A stretch of DNA of 64,000 nucleotides from Rhodocyclaceae bacterium (GCA_020248405.1 JADCHQ010000042.1:228-64227); one strand, 5' to 3'. Numbered from the stretch's first letter, positions 30,648-41,898 are shown. Numbers and translations are program-made. Notes: generated by a model from the letters alone, not told the origin.

Positions 30648-31288
30648 GCACGCTCACCAAGCTCGCCCTGCACCTGATGGGGCGTGTGGGCCCGCGGCCG
30701 GGCCGGGCCGGCGCGCCAGCCACCGTGGCGCTTCCGCCGCCGGATCGCGAGGGCGGCACGCCACTGATGCAGGCCCTCGCACGCCGGCACTCGTCGCGGG
30801 CCTTTCGTGCCGAGCCCCTGAGCCTGCAGCAGCTGAGCGACCTGCTGTGGGCGGCGGATGGCATCAACCGCCCGGCGGACCGCGAGCACACCGCACCGTC
30901 GGCCATGAACGCCCAGGAGATCGATATCTACGCGGCGCTCGCGGCGGGCCTGTACCGCTACGACGCCCAGGGGCACGCGCTGGTGCTGGAGTCGGCCAAG
31001 GACATTCGCGCGCTCACCGGGCTGCAGGAGTTCGTGGACCTCGCGCCGCTGGACCTGATCTACGTGGCCGACCACGGCCGCCTCAAGCTCGTGCCCGAGG
31101 CCGCCCGGGCGGTGTACGCCGCCGCCTGCGCCGGGGCCATCGCCCAGAATGTCTATCTGTACTGCGCCTCCGCCGGCCTGGCCACGGTGGTGCGAGGCTG
31201 GTTCGACCGGGGCGCGCTGGAGAAAGCCCTGGGTCTGGGCTCGAGCCGGCATGTGGTGCTGGCGCAGACCGTGGGGTTTACGGCCTAG
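30644..31288 (+). CDS. Nitroreductase-family (SagB-type) protein
   Basis: C-terminal 214 codons of track ORF 30323..31288. ATG 30644 overlaps the upstream stop (ATGA). RRHSSRAF motif. Confidence 0.8.
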   Translation: MSTLTKLALHLMGRVGPRPGRAGAPATVALPPPDREGGTPLMQALARRHSSRAFRAEPLSLQQLSDLLWAADGINRPADREHTAPSAMNAQEIDIYAALAAGLYRYDAQGHALVLESAKDIRALTGLQEFVDLAPLDLIYVADHGRLKLVPEAARAVYAAACAGAIAQNVYLYCASAGLATVVRGWFDRGALEKALGLGSSRHVVLAQTVGFTA

Positions 31289-31328
31289 AGGGGCGGCTCG
31301 GCAGGATGGCACCCGCCACGGCGCGCGG

Positions 31329-31532
31329 TCAGATGCCCAGCACCCTGGCGATGATGGACTTGGCCACGAAGCCGATCATGCCGAAGGCCAGCACGAAGAA
31401 CAGGATGAAGGTGCCCATGCGGCCGGCCCTGGACTCGCGCGCCAGGTTCCAGATGATGAACAGCATGAACAGCATGAAGCCGCCCAGCCCCACCGTGAGG
31501 CCGAACTCGGAGACCTGTTCCTCGCTCCACAC
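31329..31532 (-). CDS. Small two-TM membrane protein (DUF2788-like)
   Basis: Last 67 codons of track ORF 31329..32177. GTG 31532 is 11 nt after the upstream stop. FMLFMLFIIWNLARESRAGRMGTFILFFVLAFGMIGF. Confidence 0.6.
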   Translation of the reverse strand: MWSEEQVSEFGLTVGLGGFMLFMLFIIWNLARESRAGRMGTFILFFVLAFGMIGFVAKSIIARVLGI

Positions 31533-31543
31533 GGCGCGGTCTC

Positions 31544-32317
31544 TCAGGGGCGCGGCGGCAGGCCGTGGGCGTCGATGAGGTCGCGGTAGGCGTGCCAGGT
31601 GGCGTGGCCGATCACCGGAATGGCCACCAGGAAGCCGAGCATGAGGCTGGCCATGGACAGGGCCGTGGCCAGCATGATCAGGCTTGCCCACACGCCCATG
31701 GCGATGGGGTTTTCGGCCACGGCCAGCACGCTGGCGCGCACCGCCCACGCAAGACTCACGTGGCGGTCCAGCAGCAGGGGCACCGACACCACCGTGACCA
31801 TGAACACCACCGAGGCGCCCAGGCCGCCGAGCGTCAGCCACAACGGGAACAGCAGCGCCGAATCCGCGACCGCCAGCATGCGCACCGCATCCATCAGCCC
31901 CTGGGGCTGACCGCGCCCGAACACCGCCAGCAGCGTGGCCGTGAGCGCAACCCACAGCGTGCCGGCCGCTGCCAGGCCCACACCCAGCCAGACCAGCGGG
32001 CGCGTGCCGCGCCGCCACGCGGCCAGCACATCGGCGAAGCCGGGGTGCGCCCCCGCGGCCAGGCGGCGGCTCAGCTCGTAGAGTCCGGTGGCGAGGATCG
32101 AGCCCACCAGCACGAAGCCCGACAGGGCGCCGGGCAGCAGTTGCCAGAAGTGCAATGTGACGGCCACGATGGCCCACCCGCCGAAGGTCACGAAGGCGCC
32201 GTGCAGCAGCCCGGGGCCCGGCACCTGCGTGAAGTCGCGCCAGCCGGCGGCGAGCCAGGCGAGGGGCTGGGCGGCCGGCACATGGCGAACCCGAGGCAGG
32301 GGCGCGGCGGGGCTCAT
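31544..32317 (-). CDS. Integral membrane protein (DUF2189-like)
   Basis: Track ORF, 257 aa, multiple TM helices. N-terminus PLAWLAAGWRDF is typical of this family (recognised by eye). Confidence 0.7.
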   Translation of the reverse strand: MSPAAPLPRVRHVPAAQPLAWLAAGWRDFTQVPGPGLLHGAFVTFGGWAIVAVTLHFWQLLPGALSGFVLVGSILATGLYELSRRLAAGAHPGFADVLAAWRRGTRPLVWLGVGLAAAGTLWVALTATLLAVFGRGQPQGLMDAVRMLAVADSALLFPLWLTLGGLGASVVFMVTVVSVPLLLDRHVSLAWAVRASVLAVAENPIAMGVWASLIMLATALSMASLMLGFLVAIPVIGHATWHAYRDLIDAHGLPPRP

Positions 32318-32347
32318 GTGGGCGGTGACGGGCTGCCCTTCACCCGC

Positions 32348-33439
32348 TCAGGAAGACTCGCCAGGCGGCGCCTCCGGGGCATCCTGCTCGGCCACCCACG
32401 CCAGTGCCAGCTCGTAGGTGACCGCCAGCACCACCGGCCCCACGAAGATGCCGATGATGCCGAAGGACAGCAACCCCCCCACCACGCCCACGAAGATGAG
32501 CAACAGCGGCAGCTTCACGCTGCGCTGGATGAGCCACGGGCGCAGGAAGTTGTCCACGTTGATCACCAGCACCGACCACACCAGCAGCACCGTGCCCCAC
32601 AGGGTCTGGTCGTGCCAGTACAGCCAGCCGGTGGCGCCCAGCAACACCACGCCGGCGCCCACCTGGGCGATGGCAAGCAGGAACATGACCACGGTGAGCA
32701 GGCCCGCCAGGGGCACGCCGCACACCAGCAGCCCCATGCCCCCCAGCAGCGACTGGGCGAGGGCAGTGAGCCCGACGCCCAGGGCCACGCCGCGAATGGC
32801 CTGCCCCGCCAGGGCCAGCGCCGCCGTGGCGCGCTCGCCGCCCAGGCGCGCGGCCACGCGCCGCAGCCCTTCCACGCCCTCCTCGCCGCGCATGTAGAGG
32901 ATGCCGGCCACCGCCACGGTGAGCAGGAAGTGCAGCACCAACAGCCCCAGGTTGCCGGCCTCGGCGGCCGTCCAGCGGAACAGGTCGCCCAGGTACGGAG
33001 ACAGCCGCGCGGCGATGCCCGACCCGCCCAGGGCGCCCACCTCCTGCCACCCGGCCGCCAGGCGCGCGCCCACCACCGGCAGCCGCTCCAGGAATCCGGG
33101 CAGCGCGGGCCAGCCGGCCTCGGGCAGCCGCTTCGCCCAGGCGAGGGCTTCATCGGAGAATTCCGCCAGCGTCACCACCGCCAGCAGCACCGGCAGCACC
33201 ACCGCCAGCAGCAGCAGCCCGCACATAAGGGTGGCGGCAAACCAGCGGCGCCCGCCGGCGCGTGCTTCGATCCCGCGCATCACCGGCCAGGTGGCCACCA
33301 CGATCATGGCAGCCCACACGGCCGCCGCCAGGAAGGGCCGCACCACCAGGTAGGAGGCGAACAGCAGCGCGGCAATGGCGGCGAGCGCCAACGCCACGCG
33401 CGGCAGGTCGCGCAGGCCGCCTTCGAGATCGAGCTTCAC
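32348..33439 (-). CDS. AI-2E family (PerM-like) transporter
   Basis: C-terminal 363 codons of track ORF 32348..33946. GTG 33439 overlaps the rdgB stop (GTGA). Multi-TM, with an NFLRPWLI block. Confidence 0.85.
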   Translation of the reverse strand: MKLDLEGGLRDLPRVALALAAIAALLFASYLVVRPFLAAAVWAAMIVVATWPVMRGIEARAGGRRWFAATLMCGLLLLAVVLPVLLAVVTLAEFSDEALAWAKRLPEAGWPALPGFLERLPVVGARLAAGWQEVGALGGSGIAARLSPYLGDLFRWTAAEAGNLGLLVLHFLLTVAVAGILYMRGEEGVEGLRRVAARLGGERATAALALAGQAIRGVALGVGLTALAQSLLGGMGLLVCGVPLAGLLTVVMFLLAIAQVGAGVVLLGATGWLYWHDQTLWGTVLLVWSVLVINVDNFLRPWLIQRSVKLPLLLIFVGVVGGLLSFGIIGIFVGPVVLAVTYELALAWVAEQDAPEAPPGESS

Positions 33440-34022
33440 GCGTCTGCCCTCAGCAGTTCGAGCAGCCGCAGCAGGGCCTGGGCCCGATGGCTCGACGCGT
33501 TCTTGCGCGCCTCGGGCAGCTGCGCGGCGGTGCAGCCCTCTTCGGGCAGGAAGAAGTGCGGGTCGTAGCCGAAGCCGCCGTCGCCGCGCGGCTCGTCCTG
33601 GATGACGCCGTGCCAGCGCCCCTGGGCCACCAGCGGCTCGGGATCGGAGGGGTGGCGCACCAGCACGATGACGCAGGCGTAGTGGGCACGGCGATCGGCC
33701 ACGCCCGCCAGCCGGGCCACCAGCTGCGCATTGTTGCGGCCGTCGTTGAGGGGTTCGCCTGCGTAGCGCGCCGAGTGCACGCCGGGCTCGCCGCCCAGCG
33801 CGGCTACGCACAGCCCGGAATCGTCGGCCAGCGCGGGCAGGCCGCTGGCCGCGGAGGCGTGGCGCGCCTTGGCCAGGGCGTTTTCCAGAAAGGTGTGGTG
33901 GGGCTCGGCCGCCTCGGCAATGCCCAGGGCGGCCTGGGCCACGCACTGCATGTGCAGCGGGGCGAGCAGCGCGGCGAGCTCACGCAGCTTGCCGGCATTG
34001 CCGCTGGCCAGCACCAGTTGCT

Positions 34023-34026
<4 letters not shown>
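33436..34026 (-). CDS. rdgB: Non-canonical purine NTP pyrophosphatase RdgB/HAM1
   Basis: C-terminal 196 codons of track ORF 33436..34875. [25 protein letters not shown] 34026 overlaps the rph stop (ATGA). Confidence 0.9.
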
Positions 34027-34751
<725 letters not shown>

Positions 34752-34898
34752 GGGCGCGGTGGAGAACGGAAAGAGTAACTCGAAACGGCGGCGGATGATG
34801 CAACGACCCCCATGCTACCCTTTCGAGGCGTCGATTGTCGGCGCCGGGCGCGCGCTCTGTACGGCCGCGCCCCATCCCCCAGGGCCCAGGACTTCGCC

Positions 34899-35762
34899 AT
34901 GATCCACAGCATGACCGGCTTCGCTGCGCTCACGCGCGAGTTGCCCGCAGGCACCGTGAGCCTCGAACTGCGCTCGGTGAACCACCGCTACCTAGATGTG
35001 CAGTTCCGCATGCCGGAGGAGTTCCGCGCCTTCGAGCCCGCCATGCGCGAGGCCATCGCCGCGCGCCTGTCCCGCGGCAAGGTGGAATGCCGCGTGGGCC
35101 TCACCCGCGCCCCGGACGCCGCCAGCCTGGAGATCTCCGAGCCGCTGCTCGCCCGGCTGGCGCAACTCAACGCCCAGGTGAGGGCGCGCCTGCCTGGCGC
35201 CGCCGAGCTGTCGGTGGCCGATGTGCTGCGCTGGCCGGGCATTTTCGGCGCCGAGGCGCTGCCGGCGGAAGCGCTGCGGGAGGGCTTCCTCGCCCTGCTG
35301 GCCGATGCCGTGGCGGAGTTCGACGCCACCCGCGCCCGCGAGGGCGCCAAGCTCACCGCAGTGCTGCTGGAGCGCGTATCCACCATGGAAACGCTCTCCG
35401 CCGAGGTGGCGCCGAAGATCCCCGCACTGGTGGCCGCCCACCAGGAGAAGCTGGCCCAGCGGCTGCGCGACGCCGTGGCCACCCTGGACGAGGAGCGCAT
35501 CCGCACGGAAGTCTCCATGTTCGCCACCCGCATCGACGTGGACGAGGAGCTGCAGCGCCTCACCACCCACCTCTCCGAGGTGCGCCGCATCCTGGCCAAG
35601 GGCGGCAGCGTGGGCAAGCGGCTGGATTTCCTCATGCAGGAGCTGCACCGCGAGGCCAACACCCTGGGCTCGAAGAGCGTGGACGCGGGCGTATCCCAGA
35701 CCGCCATGGAACTGAAGGTGCTGATCGAGCAGATGCGCGAGCAGGTGCAGAACATCGAATGA
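34899..35762 (+). CDS. yicC: YicC-family stress-induced protein
   Basis: Track ORF 34812..35762. Start at ATG 34899 (MIHSMTGFA). C-terminal EEIERL-like and LHREANTLGSK blocks. Confidence 0.9.
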   Translation: MIHSMTGFAALTRELPAGTVSLELRSVNHRYLDVQFRMPEEFRAFEPAMREAIAARLSRGKVECRVGLTRAPDAASLEISEPLLARLAQLNAQVRARLPGAAELSVADVLRWPGIFGAEALPAEALREGFLALLADAVAEFDATRAREGAKLTAVLLERVSTMETLSAEVAPKIPALVAAHQEKLAQRLRDAVATLDEERIRTEVSMFATRIDVDEELQRLTTHLSEVRRILAKGGSVGKRLDFLMQELHREANTLGSKSVDAGVSQTAMELKVLIEQMREQVQNIE

Positions 35763-36379
35763 ACGCCCCCGTCCCCGGCAACTTTTTCGTCGTCTCGGCC
35801 CCCTCGGGCGCGGGCAAGACCAGCCTGGTGAAGGCGCTGCTGGCGGCCGATCCGGGCGTGCATCTTTCCATCTCTTGCACCACCCGCGCCCCGCGCCCTG
35901 GCGAGGAGGACGGTCGCGACTACCACTTCGTGAGCCGCGAGCGCTTCCACGCCATGCGCGATGCAGGCGAGTTTCTCGAGTCTGCCGAGGTGCACGGCAA
36001 CCTCTACGGCACCCGCGAGGCGTGGGTGCGCGAGGCGCTGGGCGCCGGGCGCGACGTGCTGCTGGAGATCGACTGGCAAGGCGCGGCCCAGGTGCGCCGC
36101 CTGGCGCCCGAGGCTGTCGGGATATTCATCCTGCCGCCCTCGCTCCACACGCTGGCCCAGCGCCTGTCCGGGCGCGCCACCGATGCCCCCGAGGTAATCG
36201 AGCGCCGCCTGCGGGTGGCGCGCAGCGAGATCGGGCACGTGGCCGAATTCGACTTCGTTATAATCAACAACGATTTCGACGAAGCGGCGCGGGATCTCCA
36301 AGCCATCGTTCGCGCCGCCCGCCTGCGTCTGGCGGTGCAGACGCGCCGCCACGAATCCCTCATCAATGCAATGAAGTGA
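35759..36379 (+). CDS. gmk: Guanylate kinase
   Basis: C-terminal 206 codons of track ORF 34835..36379. [32 protein letters not shown] overlap with yicC. Confidence 0.95.
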   Translation: MNAPVPGNFFVVSAPSGAGKTSLVKALLAADPGVHLSISCTTRAPRPGEEDGRDYHFVSRERFHAMRDAGEFLESAEVHGNLYGTREAWVREALGAGRDVLLEIDWQGAAQVRRLAPEAVGIFILPPSLHTLAQRLSGRATDAPEVIERRLRVARSEIGHVAEFDFVIINNDFDEAARDLQAIVRAARLRLAVQTRRHESLINAMK

Positions 36380-36386
36380 GACCGCC

Positions 36387-36593
36387 ATGGCCCGCATCAC
36401 CGTTGACGACGTCCTGCACCACATTCCCAACCGCTTCGAGCTCACCCTGGCCGCCACCTACCGGGCCCGCGAGCTGGCCAACGGCGCCACGCCCACCGTG
36501 GAAGCCAACCGGGACAAGCCCACGGTGATCGCGCTGCGCGAGATGGCATTGGGCCACGTGACCGTGGACATCCTCCACCGCACCAAGCACTGA
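36387..36593 (+). CDS. rpoZ: RNA polymerase omega subunit
   Basis: Track ORF, 68 aa. MARITVDD...[16 protein letters not shown]. Confidence 0.95.
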   Translation: MARITVDDVLHHIPNRFELTLAATYRARELANGATPTVEANRDKPTVIALREMALGHVTVDILHRTKH

Positions 36594-36655
36594 GTTCCCG
36601 GGGGCGCGCGCGCCGCGCCCTTGTCTTGCGGCGCGCCGGTCCCACTGGGCTGATC

Positions 36656-38779
36656 ATGGGCGCGCCCAACGAAGCCGATTCCCTGTTCCGCGAAGCCGCC
36701 GGCTATCTCAGGCCGGAGGATGTGCACGTGCTGGAGTCGGCCTACCGCTTCAGTGCCGAGGCCCACGAGGGCCAGTTCCGCAAGACCGGCGAGCCCTATG
36801 TCTCTCACCCGGTGGAGGTGGCGAAGATCCTCACCGCCTGGCACCTGGACTCCCAGGCCCTCACCGCCGCGCTGCTGCACGACGTGATGGAGGACACCGA
36901 GGTCACCAAGGCGCAGCTCTCCGAGCGCTTCGGGCGCATGGTGGCGGAATTGGTGGATGGCGTCTCGAAGCTCGACCGCATCGAGTTCGAAAGCCAGGAG
37001 CAGGCCCAGGCGGAGAACTTCCGCAAGATGGTGCTGGCCATGACCCGCGACGTGCGGGTGATTCTCATCAAGCTGGCCGACCGTCTGCACAACATGCGCA
37101 CCCTCGAAGCCATGGCGGCCCCGAAGCGCGCCCGCATCGCCCGCGAGACCCTCGACATCTACGCCCCCATCGCCAACCGGCTGGGGCTCAATGCCCTGTA
37201 CCAGGAGCTGCAGGAGCTCTCGTTCAAACACCTCTTCCCCAACCGCTACCGGGTGCTGCAAAAGGCGCTGCAGGCGGCGCGTGGCAACCGCCGCGAGGTG
37301 GTGGACCGCATCCTCAACGCCATTCGCGATCGGCTTGCCGAGGAACTCATCGAAGCCCAGGTGCAGGGCCGCGAGAAGAACCTGTTCTCCATCTACCGCA
37401 AGATGGAAGACAAGAGCCTGACCTTCTCGCAGGTGTTCGACATCTTCGGCTTTCGCGTCATCACCCGCGACGTGGCCGGGTGCTACCTGGCGCTGGGCGC
37501 GCTGCACGGCCTGTACAAGCCAATCCCGGGCAAGTTCAAGGACTACATCGCCATCCCCAAGGCGAACGGCTACCAGTCGCTGCACACCACGCTGTTCGGC
37601 CCCTTCGGCATGCCCATCGAGGTGCAGATCCGCACGGCCGACATGCACCGCATCGCCGAGGCCGGCGTGGCCTCCCATTGGCTCTACAAGCAGTCCGACT
37701 CCGACCTCACCGACCTGCAGCGCAAGACCCATCTCTGGCTGCAGAGCCTGCTGGAGATGCAGACGCGCAGCGGCTCGTCGGTGGAATTTCTCGAGCACCT
37801 CAAGGTGGACCTATTCCCCGACGAGGTGTATGTGTTCACCCCCAAGGGCCGCATCCTGTCGCTGTCCCAGGGCTCCACCTGCGTGGACTTCGCCTATGCC
37901 GTGCACACCGACATTGGCAACCGGTGCGTGGCGGCGCGCATCAACGGCGAGCTGGTGCCCTTGCGCAGCGAGCTGCGCAACGGCGACCGCGTGGAGATCA
38001 TCACCACCGCCCACGCCAAGCCCAACCCCGCCTGGCTCAATTACGTGGTCACGGCCAAGGCGCGCTCCAGCATCCGGCATTTCCTCAAGACCATGCAGTA
38101 CGAGGAGTCGGCGCAATTGGGCGAGCGCCTGCTGCAGCAGGCGGTGTCGGCCATTGGCGGCAAGGACGTGGTGATCGACGAGGCCCAGTGGGAGCGCTAC
38201 GCCCGCGACCACGGCAACCGGCCGCGCCTTGAGGTGCTGGCGGACATCGGCCTGGGCAAGCTGCTGGCCATCGTGGTGGCGCGGCAACTGCTGCGCCTTG
38301 GCGAGCAGGAAGGCGGATCCAACCGCCTGCCCGGCACGGTGGTGATCCGGGGCTCGGAGGGCATGGCGCTGCAGTTCGCCAAGTGCTGCCATCCCATCCC
38401 GGGCGACCCCATCATCGGCTACGTCAAGAAGGGCCAGGGCCTGGTGGTGCACACCCACGACTGCCCGGTGGCGCGCAAGATGCGCGGCGACCCGGACAAG
38501 TGGCTCGACGTGGAGTGGTCTCCCGACACCCGCAAGCTGTTCGCGGTGAACATCCGCATGGTGGTGTCCAACCAGCGCGGCGTGCTCGCCAAGCTGGCCG
38601 CTGAAATTGCCGAGGCGGGCTCCAACATCGACAACGTGAGCCTCGAACCAGGCGATTCCAGCGCCTACTCCAACATCCACTTCACCCTGCAGGTGAACAA
38701 CCGCCTGCACCTGGCGCACCTCATGCGCGGCCTGCGCCGCATTCCCGAGGTGATCCGCATCACGCGCCTGAAGGGCTGA
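36656..38779 (+). CDS. spoT: Bifunctional (p)ppGpp synthetase/hydrolase SpoT/RelA-family
   Basis: Track ORF 36626..38779 (ATG 36656). HD domain (HPVEVA...LLHDVMEDT), synthetase block, TGS and ACT regions. Follows rpoZ as in many proteobacteria. Confidence 0.95.
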   Translation: MGAPNEADSLFREAAGYLRPEDVHVLESAYRFSAEAHEGQFRKTGEPYVSHPVEVAKILTAWHLDSQALTAALLHDVMEDTEVTKAQLSERFGRMVAELVDGVSKLDRIEFESQEQAQAENFRKMVLAMTRDVRVILIKLADRLHNMRTLEAMAAPKRARIARETLDIYAPIANRLGLNALYQELQELSFKHLFPNRYRVLQKALQAARGNRREVVDRILNAIRDRLAEELIEAQVQGREKNLFSIYRKMEDKSLTFSQVFDIFGFRVITRDVAGCYLALGALHGLYKPIPGKFKDYIAIPKANGYQSLHTTLFGPFGMPIEVQIRTADMHRIAEAGVASHWLYKQSDSDLTDLQRKTHLWLQSLLEMQTRSGSSVEFLEHLKVDLFPDEVYVFTPKGRILSLSQGSTCVDFAYAVHTDIGNRCVAARINGELVPLRSELRNGDRVEIITTAHAKPNPAWLNYVVTAKARSSIRHFLKTMQYEESAQLGERLLQQAVSAIGGKDVVIDEAQWERYARDHGNRPRLEVLADIGLGKLLAIVVARQLLRLGEQEGGSNRLPGTVVIRGSEGMALQFAKCCHPIPGDPIIGYVKKGQGLVVHTHDCPVARKMRGDPDKWLDVEWSPDTRKLFAVNIRMVVSNQRGVLAKLAAEIAEAGSNIDNVSLEPGDSSAYSNIHFTLQVNNRLHLAHLMRGLRRIPEVIRITRLKG

Positions 38780-38837
38780 CCCCCGGCGCATCCTTCATCT
38801 GGACAGCCCGCACAGCCGCCCGCCCGACCCCCTGCCC

Positions 38838-39584
38838 ATGGACATCCTCTCCAGCCAGTTCCTCTCCGCCCTGTTCGCCATCGTCGTCATCGATCTGGTG
38901 CTGGCGGGGGACAACGCCATCGTCATCGCCCTGGCCGCCCGCACCCTGCCGTCTCACCTGCAGAAAAAAGCCATCGTGTGGGGCACGGTGGGCGCCATCG
39001 GGGTGCGCGTCGTCATGACGCTGGTGGTGGTGTGGCTGCTCACCATCCCCTGGTTGCGCCTGGTGGGCGGCCTGCTGCTGGTGTGGATCGCCTTCAAGCT
39101 GCTGGCCGAGGAGCAGGACGAAGCCGAGGACCAGGGCCGCGACGTCACAGACGCGCCTGCTGCCGCCGGCACCAGCTTCGCTTCCGCCATCCGCACCATC
39201 GTGGTGGCCGACGCCGTGATGGGCCTGGACAACGTGCTGGGCGTGGCCGGCGCCGCCAAGGGCAGCTTCCTGCTGGTGGTGCTGGGGCTCGCCATCAGCA
39301 TCCCCATCATGATCTGGGGCAGCACCCTCATCCTCAAGTGGGTGGAGCGCTTCCCCGTCATCATCTATCTGGGCGCCGGCGTGCTGGCGTGGACGGCCGC
39401 CGCCATGATCCACCACGAACCGCACCTCACGCCGTACTTCGATACGTACCCTGCCCTGCTGGTGCTGCTGTACGCGGGCATGGTGGGTGGCATCCTGGGC
39501 GCGGGCTGGTGGGTGAAGCGGCGCCACGCGCTTGCCCGGCGGGAAGCCGCGGCGTTGACCTCCGTCAAGCCGCCCGCCCCCTGA
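38838..39584 (+). CDS. TerC/YjbE-family integral membrane protein
   Basis: Track ORF. DLVLAGDNAIVIALAAR and DAVMGLDNVLGVAG repeats. Confidence 0.85.
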   Translation: MDILSSQFLSALFAIVVIDLVLAGDNAIVIALAARTLPSHLQKKAIVWGTVGAIGVRVVMTLVVVWLLTIPWLRLVGGLLLVWIAFKLLAEEQDEAEDQGRDVTDAPAAAGTSFASAIRTIVVADAVMGLDNVLGVAGAAKGSFLLVVLGLAISIPIMIWGSTLILKWVERFPVIIYLGAGVLAWTAAAMIHHEPHLTPYFDTYPALLVLLYAGMVGGILGAGWWVKRRHALARREAAALTSVKPPAP

Positions 39585-39685
39585 TTGCGCCAGCATGGCG
39601 GCGGGTTGAAGATAGCGTCCGCGCGGCCTGCGCCGCATCCTCGCCCCTCGGTCTGCACCCGGATCAGCGCCAGCCACCCGCCGCC

Positions 39686-39994
39686 ATGAAAAAGCTTCGC
39701 TTCGCCGCCGCCCTGTTTGCCTGCGCCTGGTTCGTCCTGCCAGCGGCCGCCCAGTCGGGCGACGATGCCGCCGCCGAGGGCGTGCCCAACCTGCCCGCCC
39801 GCAGCGAGCGGCTCGACATCTACGGCGCCGGCATGTGCCACACCTGCGAGTGGCGCCCGCGCGCCAAGGTCATGGCCGCCGCCGAGCAGTGCGGCACTGA
39901 GGCTGGCGGTGCCGCGAAATCGGGTCTCTTCGAGTGCGGCCGCAACCCGGCGTGCGAGCCGGTGTGCAATTTCGTGCGCTGCGGGAGCGAGTAG
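39686..39994 (+). CDS. Small secreted cysteine-rich protein, function unknown
   Basis: Last 102 codons of track ORF 38978..39994. Signal peptide MKKLRFAAALFACAWFVLPAAA. The mature part has 7 Cys, including CHTC and CEPVCNFVRC. Confidence 0.55.
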   Translation: MKKLRFAAALFACAWFVLPAAAQSGDDAAAEGVPNLPARSERLDIYGAGMCHTCEWRPRAKVMAAAEQCGTEAGGAAKSGLFECGRNPACEPVCNFVRCGSE

Positions 39995-40105
39995 GCCCCA
40001 CTTCGGCCGCACCCGCGCGCTGTCAACTGGCAAGCAGTCGCAGCGCGAACCTGCCAGGGCCGGTTGCGCCTGGACAAACCAGCGTGGATCGGGCCAAGCG
40101 CCCCT

Positions 40106-40966
40106 TCAGCCTCGCCGCGCGGCAGGGTTCGTGCGCCGCACGGGATTGACCAGTTCCCCCAGCCCCTCGATGCGGCATTCCGCTTTGTCGCCATCCTCGA
40201 TCACCACGGCGCCGGGCGTGCCCGTGGAGATGATGTCGCCCGGGTGCAGGGTCATCACATGGGAGTGGAAGGCCACCAGGTACGCCGGCGGAAACTGCAT
40301 GTTGGCCACCACGTTGGCGCGGTGCAGCCTGCCGTTGTTCCAGGTGCCCACCTCCAGCTTGAGCACGTCGGCCACTTCGTCGCGGGTGACGAGCTGCGGG
40401 CCGAAGGAGAAGAAGGTGTCGAAGTTCTTCGAGCGCGTGAGGTAGCGGGGATTTTTCTGCAGGATGTCCTCGGCGGTCATGTCGAGGATGAGGCAGTAGC
40501 CGGCCACGAAATCGAGGGCCTGGTCTTCGGACACGCGCCGGCAGGTACGGCCGATGATCACGCCCAGCTCGGCCTCGGCAGTGACGCGCTGCGACTCGGG
40601 CGGCAGTTCGATGGTGTCGCCGGGGCCGATGATGGTGTGATCGCCCTTGATGAAGGAGGCGGGCTCATCGGGGTACACGGCGTTCAGGTCGGCGGCGTGG
40701 TCGCGGTAGTTGAGCCCGATGCCCCAGATCTTGCGCGGGTGCCGGTACAGCGGCCCGTAGCGCAGCGTAGCAGGGTCGCGATAGCGCGCGGTGGCGAAGG
40801 CGTCGGCTGCCAGGGCCTCGCTCAGGCCCTGGGTAATCAGCGCGAACAGATCCGTGGGCCAGGCACGCCCGAGGCGGGCGTTGATGTCGGCCACCAGCAC
40901 CACGCCGTGGGGCAGCGCCACAGCGGCTTGTTCACGGCCTTCGTGCATGACGGTGCACAGACGCAT
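40106..40966 (-). CDS. Fumarylacetoacetate hydrolase (FAH)-family protein
   Basis: C-terminal 286 codons of track ORF 40106..41209. ATG 40966 is preceded by AGGAAAA. IWGIGLNYRDH, EAELGVIIG, GDIISTGTPGAV. Confidence 0.85.
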   Translation of the reverse strand: MRLCTVMHEGREQAAVALPHGVVLVADINARLGRAWPTDLFALITQGLSEALAADAFATARYRDPATLRYGPLYRHPRKIWGIGLNYRDHAADLNAVYPDEPASFIKGDHTIIGPGDTIELPPESQRVTAEAELGVIIGRTCRRVSEDQALDFVAGYCLILDMTAEDILQKNPRYLTRSKNFDTFFSFGPQLVTRDEVADVLKLEVGTWNNGRLHRANVVANMQFPPAYLVAFHSHVMTLHPGDIISTGTPGAVVIEDGDKAECRIEGLGELVNPVRRTNPAARRG

Positions 40967-41028
40967 TCCGGTTTTCCTGGTCATCCCGCCGGGGCGGAAG
41001 AAGCGCAGATTATAGAAGGCACCGCGGC

Positions 41029-41898
41029 TCAGCCGCCTTCTGGCGCGCGAGTGAGCGCCGGCGCGGCGGCTGCCACATGCGGACCGGCTGCAGGAGCGGC
41101 CTGCGACGCCCGTCGGCTCGCTGGCCGGACCGGCCGCCGCCAGGCGAAGTAGATCTCGCCAGGCCACCCTGGAAAGAACGCACCGAAGGCAAGATTGGCT
41201 CGCAGCCACCAGCCTTGATCTTCCAGGACGAAGCCGCGTTTGCGCATGAGGAAAGCGCCCGAATGAAACAGCGGCTCGAGCCCCGCGGCCACGGCCATGC
41301 GGCGCAGGCGGCGCGGCGAGAGCACGCTCACGTGCCCGTGGGGCTGTGCGGTGCGGCGCAGCCGCCGCTCGCGCCAGACCAATCCCGGATGGGGTGTGAC
41401 GGGGCCGCCACCGATAAGCATTCCGCCCGGCTTGAGCATACGCGCCAGCCGGATCACGCCGGCCTCGGGTTCATGCAGGTGCTCCAGCACATGGCAGGCA
41501 ATCACCACGTCGTAGGCTTCGGGGGGCAGCAATGCGGGCGCGCCCGCCGACTCGAGGTCCACGGTGACGATCCCGGTGTAGCCGCGGGCAGCAAGCTCGG
41601 CACTGCGCGGTGCGCAGTCGTAGGCGTCCCAGCGCTGCCACCAGGGGTGCGCATCGGCGTTGAGGGCGAAGGCGAGTTGCTGGCCATGGTCCACACCCAC
41701 CTCGGCGATGGCCAGGGGCTTGGAACACTCGCGCGCAGCCTCGCGCAGCAACTCGTGCATGAACCAGTAGCGCAGCAGGCGAAAGGGATAGCGCACGCTC
41801 AGCACGCGCGCGGGCACATTGGGCAGACCGCGCAGCGCGGCGCGGGCCAGGCTCGAAGGGGTCCAGCCCAGCGGCCGGAAGCGGGACAGGAGGGACAT
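41029..41898 (-). CDS. Class I SAM-dependent methyltransferase-like protein
   Basis: C-terminal 289 codons of track ORF 41029..42576. ATG 41898 is preceded by GAGGAG. AEVGVDHG and VIACHVLEHLHEPE...LKPGG blocks. Confidence 0.7.
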   Translation of the reverse strand: MSLLSRFRPLGWTPSSLARAALRGLPNVPARVLSVRYPFRLLRYWFMHELLREAARECSKPLAIAEVGVDHGQQLAFALNADAHPWWQRWDAYDCAPRSAELAARGYTGIVTVDLESAGAPALLPPEAYDVVIACHVLEHLHEPEAGVIRLARMLKPGGMLIGGGPVTPHPGLVWRERRLRRTAQPHGHVSVLSPRRLRRMAVAAGLEPLFHSGAFLMRKRGFVLEDQGWWLRANLAFGAFFPGWPGEIYFAWRRPVRPASRRASQAAPAAGPHVAAAAPALTRAPEGG

